Part shown: positions 57,114 through 64,000 of the stretch, piece after piece | Numbering within the stretch: the stretch's first letter is position 1 | Layout: every line of letters starts with the position of its first letter | Assembly: GCA_965207885.1 (NCBI GenBank) | Contig: OZ242311.1 | Location: forward strand, 3,680,001-3,744,000 | From: Candidatus Latescibacterota bacterium | Lineage (GTDB): Bacteria > Latescibacterota > UBA2968 | Reading direction: 5' to 3' | Length of the DNA: 64,000 nucleotides | The notes under the pieces: model-generated | Database searches by the model: none | The model's input: only the letters and a program-made list of their open reading frames with translations | What the model was told of the DNA's origin: nothing | Program-made: the position numbers and the translations under genes

Positions 57114-58661
57114 ATGAACACAAAAACCTCCTCCGACCCTTTACTCGTCGGCATCGACATTGGAACCACCAACATCAAAGCCTTGATCTTTGATCCTCGA
57201 GGTCGCGAAATCGCCCGCGCACAGGCCAAAACGCCCACGCATCATCCACAGCCAGAATGGGCGTATTACAAACCCGATGAACTCTGGAAAACCGTGAGCA
57301 ACGTCCTGAAAGATACTGTTGCACAAATCGACAACCCCGCCAACATCGCGGGCATAGCCACCGCGAGCATTGGAGAAACAGGCGTCCCAATCGACAGGAG
57401 CGGAAATCCAACCGGTCATGCAATTGCGTGGTTTGACCAGCGCACCCGCCCGCAATGCGAGCAATTGCAAAAAATCTTTGATAGAGACGAACTCTTCTCG
57501 CTTACAGGGCTTCCACTACAACCCATTTCCAGCCTGTGCAAAATCCTCTGGATACGCGAACATCAGCCCGAAGCCTTTGCGCGAACCGCCACCTGGCTCA
57601 ACACTGCCGATTATATTGCCTTCCGTTTATCGGGCATACCCGCCACCGACTATTCGCTCGCCTCTCGCACCCTTGCTTTTGACCTCCACAGGCGGCAATG
57701 GGCGAACGACCTCCTCAGCGAAGTCCGTCTTTCGCCAAATCTCTTCGCACCACTTTGCAATGCCGGAACAGACCTGGGCACCATCCTTCCCGACATCGCA
57801 CGCGAAATTGGCTTGCCCCTGCACACGCGAATATGTACTGGTGGACACGACCATATTTGCGGCGCACTTGCCGTCGGCGTTACAGAACCGGGAACAATGC
57901 TCAATTCTCTGGGCACCGCAGAAGCCATGTGCCTGCCCATTTCTCAGCCGCTTACAGACCCGCAAATAGGCCGCCAAAACTTCACCATAGGCGCGCACGT
58001 CGCACCCGACCAATATTACTTCCTCGGCGGATTGTTTACAAGCGGTGCGAGCATCGAGTGGTTCCGCAGTTTATTTGGCGAAGACGCAGATTATACCACC
58101 CTAATTTCCGAAGCGAGCGAATCGCCCCCCGGTAGTCTGGGTGTTGGCTTTCTCCCACAACTGCGCTTTACCAACCCGCCCCATGCAGAAGCCATAGCAC
58201 GCGGAACATTTATTGGCCTGACCCCCGATGTCAACCGAGGGACGCTCTTTCGCGCAATCCTCGAAGGTCTATCTCTGGAAATGCGCCATATTATCGACGC
58301 GTCCAAATCTCATCCCGGCGTGCCCGAAACAAAAAATATTGTCGCAATCGGCGGAGGTATCCGCAACCAACTCCTCATGCAAATCAAAGCCACTGTACTG
58401 AACCAGCCCATCGCCCTCGCTGAAATGGATGAAGCAACAGCCCTGGGCGCGGCAGTACTCGCGGGATTGGGCACAGGTGTTTACGCGGACATCACCGATG
58501 CCCTGCACACGCTCGATATCCCCCTGCAGACCATTCACCCCATACCTGAACAGGTCGTCCATTACAACAGAATTTACAACCGCGTACACAAACAAATTTA
58601 TCCGGCAGTACAAGATCTCCACCACCAGATAGATCAGATCCAGATAACAACGGTCAGATAG
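57114..58661 (+). CDS. FGGY-family carbohydrate kinase (xylulokinase/fuculokinase-like)
   Basis: GIDIGTTNIK, AWFDQRT, KILWIREH, TDYSLASRT, GGHDH, SLGTAE, RAILEG, GGG, EATALGAA. Confidence 0.9.
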   Translation: MNTKTSSDPLLVGIDIGTTNIKALIFDPRGREIARAQAKTPTHHPQPEWAYYKPDELWKTVSNVLKDTVAQIDNPANIAGIATASIGETGVPIDRSGNPTGHAIAWFDQRTRPQCEQLQKIFDRDELFSLTGLPLQPISSLCKILWIREHQPEAFARTATWLNTADYIAFRLSGIPATDYSLASRTLAFDLHRRQWANDLLSEVRLSPNLFAPLCNAGTDLGTILPDIAREIGLPLHTRICTGGHDHICGALAVGVTEPGTMLNSLGTAEAMCLPISQPLTDPQIGRQNFTIGAHVAPDQYYFLGGLFTSGASIEWFRSLFGEDADYTTLISEASESPPGSLGVGFLPQLRFTNPPHAEAIARGTFIGLTPDVNRGTLFRAILEGLSLEMRHIIDASKSHPGVPETKNIVAIGGGIRNQLLMQIKATVLNQPIALAEMDEATALGAAVLAGLGTGVYADITDALHTLDIPLQTIHPIPEQVVHYNRIYNRVHKQIYPAVQDLHHQIDQIQITTVR

Positions 58662-60444
58662 CCTTATCTTTGCCAATCTCCATATTCCGAAATTGCAAAT
58701 CGCACAACTCGCGATAAAGCCCACCCCTGGCAAACAAAGCCTCATGAGTTCCGCACTGCGCGATCTCCCCTTGATCCAGCACCAGAATGCAATCCGCATG
58801 TTGTACTGTTGACAACCGATGTGCAATAATAAATGTCGTGCGCCCCGCCATCAACCGTTCCAATGCCTGCTGCACCTGCGCCTCTGAAGCCGAATCCAGC
58901 GATGAAGTCGCTTCATCCAGCAACAAAATACGTGCATCTCTCAACAGAGCACGCGCAATTGCAACCCTCTGCCGTTGTCCCCCACTCAATTTCACGCCCT
59001 TTTCCCCAACCAACGCGCCGTACCCCTCCGGCAATTCCACAATAAAATCGTGGGCATTCGCATCTCGCGCCGCCTGCTCAACCTCTTCATCCGCCGCATC
59101 CAATCGCCCATATCGGATATTTTCGCCAATGGAAGTCCCGAACAAATCCACATCCTGTGATACCAGCGCGATCTGTTCGCGCAGCGATACAATCTGCACA
59201 TCGCGCACATCCACCCCATCCACACGCACAACCCCAGAGGTCGCATCGTAAAATCTCGGAATCAGATTCATCAGCGTCGTCTTACCCGCGCCGCTCGCTC
59301 CCACAAGCGCTATTGTTTGCCCTGGCAGGGTCTCAAATGAAACCCCCTTGATTACCGATCGGTCGGACTCGTATCCAAACCAAACATCTTCAAACGCCAC
59401 GGCACCGCGAACATCTGCAAGCGGAAACGCACCCTCGCCATCGGCAATCTCCGGTCGCGTCTCCAGCAACTCAAAAATGTGTTCTGACGCACCCACAGCA
59501 GAATTTAAGGACGCATAAAGACGCGAAATCCCCATCACGGATCGGGCAATATTCATCGCGTAAAAAATAAACGCCACCAAATCGCCCGCCGACAAACGCC
59601 CGGCCAGCACCTCTGTGCCTCCGTACCAGAAAATCACCACCAGTGCCAGCATAAAAAGAAATGCGATACAAGCCGAAAAAACCGCCTCCATAATCACGCG
59701 ATAGCGCGACGTGCGAAACAAATCTTCGTTTGCCTTGCCAAACCGATTCACCTCAAAAACTTCGCGTGCAAACGCCTTAACAACCCGCACAGCCGACAGG
59801 GCTTCTTCGGCAATCGCAGTCGTATCGCCCAACCGATCCTGCACCGTGCGAGACAACTCGCGGATGCGCTGTCCAAAATAGCGCGCCCCAACAGCAGCAA
59901 CTGGCGCGGCGGCAAACACTACCAGACTCAATCGCCAATTGAGAGCAACCATAGCCGCCACAGAGCCAACAGTCATAATCCCCGTCATCAAAACCTGCGA
60001 AATAGCCCCCGTCGCGGCATTTCTGATAGCCCCCACATCATTGGTCAAACGCGACATGAGTTCGCCCAACCTGTGATCGGCATAAAAGCGAAGCCCCAAA
60101 AGGTGCAAATGCGCGTAAACCTTCTTTCGCAGATCTGTCACCACGCGCTCACCCACCCAGGAAATCCAGTAATGGCTGCCAACGTGCAATAGCGACTGAA
60201 GCACAAACAGCACCAGCATGCCAAGCGCCAGCAAATCCAACTGGTGTCGATCGCCCTGCTCGAACACAGAATCCAAAAGCGACCGCAAGCCCAGCGGAAT
60301 CATCAGCCACACACCTGAGGAAAACGCGGTAAATACCAGCCCCAGAACGAGCCGCAACAAGTATGGCCGGGCAAAAGCAAAAATTCGCTTCCACGCCAGC
60401 CACAATGCCACAGGGGAATATGTCTGGTCGTTTTTTTCAGCCAT
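58654..60444 (-). CDS. ABC exporter, fused TMD + NBD (MsbA-like)
   Basis: Six TM helices, GASGAGKT, LSGGQRQR, LLLDEATSSLD, IAHRLST. Confidence 0.92.
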   Translation of the reverse strand: MAEKNDQTYSPVALWLAWKRIFAFARPYLLRLVLGLVFTAFSSGVWLMIPLGLRSLLDSVFEQGDRHQLDLLALGMLVLFVLQSLLHVGSHYWISWVGERVVTDLRKKVYAHLHLLGLRFYADHRLGELMSRLTNDVGAIRNAATGAISQVLMTGIMTVGSVAAMVALNWRLSLVVFAAAPVAAVGARYFGQRIRELSRTVQDRLGDTTAIAEEALSAVRVVKAFAREVFEVNRFGKANEDLFRTSRYRVIMEAVFSACIAFLFMLALVVIFWYGGTEVLAGRLSAGDLVAFIFYAMNIARSVMGISRLYASLNSAVGASEHIFELLETRPEIADGEGAFPLADVRGAVAFEDVWFGYESDRSVIKGVSFETLPGQTIALVGASGAGKTTLMNLIPRFYDATSGVVRVDGVDVRDVQIVSLREQIALVSQDVDLFGTSIGENIRYGRLDAADEEVEQAARDANAHDFIVELPEGYGALVGEKGVKLSGGQRQRVAIARALLRDARILLLDEATSSLDSASEAQVQQALERLMAGRTTFIIAHRLSTVQHADCILVLDQGEIAQCGTHEALFARGGLYRELCDLQFRNMEIGKDKAI

Positions 60445-62140
60445 TCATTTTTCTCCTCAAAACAGCGGTCGCCTCAACATCCACATCGAGATCAGCCGTA
60501 AGCGCCACGCCGTAAGCGTCTCGCGCGGCCTCGACCGACAACCGCTCCTGTTTAACATCCTCCAGCACCCTTTTGGGATCGCGTTCAAAAGGCGATCCAT
60601 AGCCTCCACCACCCGGAATACGCAACGTCACCGACTGCCCGGGTTGGAGATCATAGCGACCCTTTGGCGGCAAAACAGTGCCATCCGACAAAAAAAGTTC
60701 GCCGCACCTGCCATCGCGTCCCCCCAAAAAACCGCGCGGTGCATAGCGCGTGCGATCGTACATACACGAATGCAGCGTGGGATGATCGGAGTCAACAGAC
60801 AAAACCATCTCCTGCCCCAGACCACCTCGAAAAGTACCCGCACCGCCAGAATCGGGAATCAACGCGCGCCTGTGCATAATCACTGGCGACACGGACTCAA
60901 TCGCTTCGGCAGGCACGCCCTTAATCCCACTGGGAAAAGCCGTTGCCGAGATCCCATCATCGCCGGGACGCGCGCCCATACCCCCCGCGGAAAAAAAGAT
61001 ATACGCAAAGCGTTCACCCGTGCGACCTATCCCCTCCAACTGCGTATTCCAAAGCCCAGCCGACCCATCGGCAATCACGCGATCGGGAATCGCCTGAGAA
61101 AGCGCTCCCAATAGCGGCTGCGAAAGAAAATGCCCAATCAGATGCCGCGCACCCACAGCACATGGAAATTGCGCGTTTAAGATACATCCCTCGGGTGCCG
61201 TAACTGTTATGGGACGAAAACTGCCTTCATTATTGGGAATATGCGGGCTAATGGCGCATTTCAAGGGATAAGTCGTATAGGCATGCGTGTAATTGTACAC
61301 CACATTGATCCCGCGATCGACCTGTGGTGACGTGCCCATATAATCAACGATCAAACTGCGATCTTTGACAATAACTTTTGCGCGAATAACCAGCGGTCTA
61401 TCGTACCCATCGAGTTTCACCTCATCCTCATACACGCCATTTGCAATCTCCGAAATCGCCTCTCGAGTCGCCATTTCTGACCGATCTAAAATCAGTTCCG
61501 ACAAACCCTCCAGATCCACGAGATCGTAATGTTCCAGCGCCTGAAGCAACTTGACAGCCCCCACATCATTCCCTGCCTGCTGCGCGTACAAATCGCCGAC
61601 AACCTGATCTGGCTCGCGCACATTTGCCCGCACAATTGCGATCAAATCGCGATTGATCTCTCCCTCGCTAAACAATTTCATAATCGGGATATTCAGGCCC
61701 TCTTCATACACCTGACGTGCACCGGCCCCCAGCGTGCGACCGCCAATATCCATGGCATGGCAAGTATTGGCAAACCACCCCACGCCCCTGCCCCGATAAA
61801 AAACCGGTGTGACAACTGTAATATCGTGCAAATGCCCCGACCCCATCCACGGATCATTGGTGAGCAAACTATCGCCGGGGTTCAGCGTATCAATCGGATA
61901 CGCTTTCACAAAATGCCGCACGCAATTCGCCATTGTATTAATATGTCCCGGCGTCCCCGTCACCGCTTGCGCCAGCATATTGCCCCCGCGGTCAAACACC
62001 CCCGCAGACAAATCGCCTGCCTCGCGCACCACCGTTGTAAAAGAAGCGTGCATCAGTGCTGCTGCCTGCTCATTCACAATAGAAATAAGGCGATTCCAAA
62101 GCACTTCCAGCTCAACCGCATCGATCTCGCGCCCCGTCAT
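60437..62140 (-). CDS. Hydantoinase B/oxoprolinase family subunit
   Basis: VREAGDLS, TPGH, NDPWMGSGHLHD, HAMDIGG, EEGL, DSGGAG.FRGG, PGGGGYG.P.ER. Confidence 0.92.
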   Translation of the reverse strand: MTGREIDAVELEVLWNRLISIVNEQAAALMHASFTTVVREAGDLSAGVFDRGGNMLAQAVTGTPGHINTMANCVRHFVKAYPIDTLNPGDSLLTNDPWMGSGHLHDITVVTPVFYRGRGVGWFANTCHAMDIGGRTLGAGARQVYEEGLNIPIMKLFSEGEINRDLIAIVRANVREPDQVVGDLYAQQAGNDVGAVKLLQALEHYDLVDLEGLSELILDRSEMATREAISEIANGVYEDEVKLDGYDRPLVIRAKVIVKDRSLIVDYMGTSPQVDRGINVVYNYTHAYTTYPLKCAISPHIPNNEGSFRPITVTAPEGCILNAQFPCAVGARHLIGHFLSQPLLGALSQAIPDRVIADGSAGLWNTQLEGIGRTGERFAYIFFSAGGMGARPGDDGISATAFPSGIKGVPAEAIESVSPVIMHRRALIPDSGGAGTFRGGLGQEMVLSVDSDHPTLHSCMYDRTRYAPRGFLGGRDGRCGELFLSDGTVLPPKGRYDLQPGQSVTLRIPGGGGYGSPFERDPKRVLEDVKQERLSVEAARDAYGVALTADLDVDVEATAVLRRKMNG

Positions 62141-64000
62141 GCTTCCTCCCTGATGAGAATCAGATTACCCGTATCATCGACCTGCAACACCCATCCGGGC
62201 GGCAGTACCGTAGTGGATTCAACCTCCTCGACAATAGCGGGACCTTGCAAAACAACCCTTCTTCCGAGTTCCTCTCGCCTGTAAACCGAAGTCCCGTATT
62301 TCCCTTCCGAAAAAAGAACGTCGCGCTGTCCCTCGGGAACCTGATCACCAGCGACTTCCCCAACAGACGCAACATCACAAATTTCCGGCTCTGGCCCCGA
62401 AACCGTCACGCGCCAGTGGATGGCCTCAACGGGAACTCCCTCACACAGGCGTCCGTATAATTTTTTATACGATGCATCAAAAGCCGCTTGAAGCGCGCCA
62501 TCGGAACTTTCTGTGAATTCTCCCAAAGGTACGGGAACGCTTATCTCGTGCCCCTGCCCCACATATCGCATATCTGCCGTGCGTACCACGCGGATTTCAG
62601 AATCATCAATCCCCGCCTCTCGCACAAGCGCACGGCCTTCGTCTTCCATCTCCCCATAGAGCTTATTGACAACCTCGCGATCCAATGCGGCGATCCGCGA
62701 TACAAAACTCCGCACATAATCAAAAGCAATGGGCGCGAGCATCAAACCAAAAGCCGATCCCACACCCGCAGCTGGCGGCACAATCACCCGGTCAATCCCC
62801 AAGCGCATTGCAACCCCGCATGCGTGCACAGGCCCAGCCCCACCCGTTGCAACAAGCGCGTATCCATTCAAATCAATCCCGCGCTCGGCAGCGTGAACCC
62901 GCGCGGCATTGGCCATATTTTCATTCACCAAATCGTGAATACCCTGTGCGGCGCGCACGCGATCCAGCCCGATAAATCGCGCAAATTCATCGACCGCATC
63001 CGCAGCGCGACCCACATCCAGATCCATTTGTCCGCCCAAAAAATACCCGGCATTTAAATAGCCCAACAAGAGATCGGCATCCGTCACCGTGGGTAACTGT
63101 CCACCACGCGCATAACAGGCAGGACCGGGATCTGCCCCCGCACTTTGCGGTCCCACCGTAGGCAAACCCAATTCACTCGCATGCGCGATACTGCCCCCGC
63201 CAGCCCCAATTTCGATCATATCGAGCACAGGCACGAGCAAGGGCAAACCGCTGCCGCGCTTGAAGCGATAAACCCGTGCGACCTCCGATTCAGTCGTAAT
63301 GGGGAACGCCCCATTTTCGCTCAAAATGGCCTTTGCCGTCGTGCCCCCCATATCAAATGCGAGAATCTGCCGATACCCCGACCGATTGCCGTAATGCGCC
63401 GCGGCAAGCGCGCCGCCGCAAGGACCGGATTCTACGAGACGCACGGGAAAACGCACTGCGGTCTGCACAGAACACGACCCACCGTTTGAAAGCATAATAT
63501 GCAGCGGTGCTAAAATCCCCAGCGCCTTCAACCCATCTTCCAAACGCGCGAGATATTTTGCCACCATAGGCTGCACATAAGCATTTGCCACAGTCGTGGA
63601 AGTACGCTCAAATTCTCGAAGTTCGGCGGCAACCCTGTGCGAAACCGAAATGGCGACATCGGGCATAAGAGAACGCACAATTTCCTCTGCTCGACGCTCG
63701 TGATCGGGATTGACATAAGCGTGCAAAAACACAATGGCGACTGCCTCCACCCCGCGCAACGCCTCGCAGGCTTTGACCACATCATCTTCATTTAATGGCG
63801 TCATCACCTCGCCACGCGCGTACAGCCGCTCCCGCACCTCAACGCGCAACCGCCTCTCAACGAGGGGTTCAGGCAATTTTAAAAACAAATCGTAGATATC
63901 GTAACGTCCTTCGCGCCCGATTTCCAGCGCGTCTCGAAAACCCGCTGTCGCAATCAGCCCGGTCTTAGCCCCCCTGCGCTCAATCAGCGCGTTTGTCACC
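62137..64000 (-). CDS. Hydantoinase A/oxoprolinase family subunit (5' end outside window)
   Basis: TNALIERRG, EFERTSTTVANAY, ESGP, DMGGTT, IGAGGGSIA, GPQSAGADPGPACY, PTVTDA, GGAGPVH, DMRYVGQGHE. Confidence 0.92.
   Translation of the reverse strand, partial: VTNALIERRGAKTGLIATAGFRDALEIGREGRYDIYDLFLKLPEPLVERRLRVEVRERLYARGEVMTPLNEDDVVKACEALRGVEAVAIVFLHAYVNPDHERRAEEIVRSLMPDVAISVSHRVAAELREFERTSTTVANAYVQPMVAKYLARLEDGLKALGILAPLHIMLSNGGSCSVQTAVRFPVRLVESGPCGGALAAAHYGNRSGYRQILAFDMGGTTAKAILSENGAFPITTESEVARVYRFKRGSGLPLLVPVLDMIEIGAGGGSIAHASELGLPTVGPQSAGADPGPACYARGGQLPTVTDADLLLGYLNAGYFLGGQMDLDVGRAADAVDEFARFIGLDRVRAAQGIHDLVNENMANAARVHAAERGIDLNGYALVATGGAGPVHACGVAMRLGIDRVIVPPAAGVGSAFGLMLAPIAFDYVRSFVSRIAALDREVVNKLYGEMEDEGRALVREAGIDDSEIRVVRTADMRYVGQGHEISVPVPLGEFTESSDGALQAAFDASYKKLYGRLCEGVPVEAIHWRVTVSGPEPEICDVASVGEVAGDQVPEGQRDVLFSEGKYGTSVYRREELGRRVVLQGPAIVEEVESTTVLPPGWVLQVDDTGNLILIREEA

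Overview
Bacterial chromosomal window (diderm; RNA polymerase carries the beta-i9-like and beta'-i6 trigger-loop insertions, compatible with an FCB-superphylum organism such as Latescibacterota/Gemmatimonadota - inference only). From left to right: (1) a housekeeping block on the minus strand, tRNA-Tyr / tRNA-Gly-Thr-Trp-secE-nusG-rplK-rplA-rplJ-rplL-rpoB-rpoC (rpoC runs off the left edge). It has no tuf/rpmG, and the RpoB rifampicin pocket is unusual (E. coli D516->Q, S522->D). (2) A plant-type threonine synthase followed by a plant-type cystathionine gamma-synthase, the latter under an internal promoter with a SAM-II riboswitch, an antiterminator and two terminators. (3) A batA-E (vWA/TPR) operon joined to GldG/DUF4340 genes through a junction of inverted octamer repeats. 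(4) A bacterial microcompartment (BMC) locus of the Planctomycetes/Verrucomicrobia (PVM)-like type: PduL, 2 BMC-H, 3 BMC-P, acylating aldehyde dehydrogenase, class II aldolase and a variant AckA. A cytoplasmic sulfatase, an MFS transporter and an enolase-superfamily enzyme are translationally coupled into it; this is the most novel-looking system here. (5) A surface-glycan cluster (Wzi, two GT39, O-antigen ligase, GT2, DegT, and an apparently frameshifted WecA-methyltransferase fusion). (6) A sigma54-promoter-driven lipoprotein/LpoB/beta-barrel operon with tandem upstream activator sites and an IHF-like site. (7) Catabolic genes (ROK, beta-propeller, GGT, M20, MoaD, Mo-hydroxylase large subunit, beta-hydroxyacid dehydrogenase, FGGY kinase, MsbA-like ABC, hydantoinase/oxoprolinase A/B). 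No CRISPR array, rRNA, transposase or integrase was seen. All family calls come from motif recognition by eye; no searches were run.
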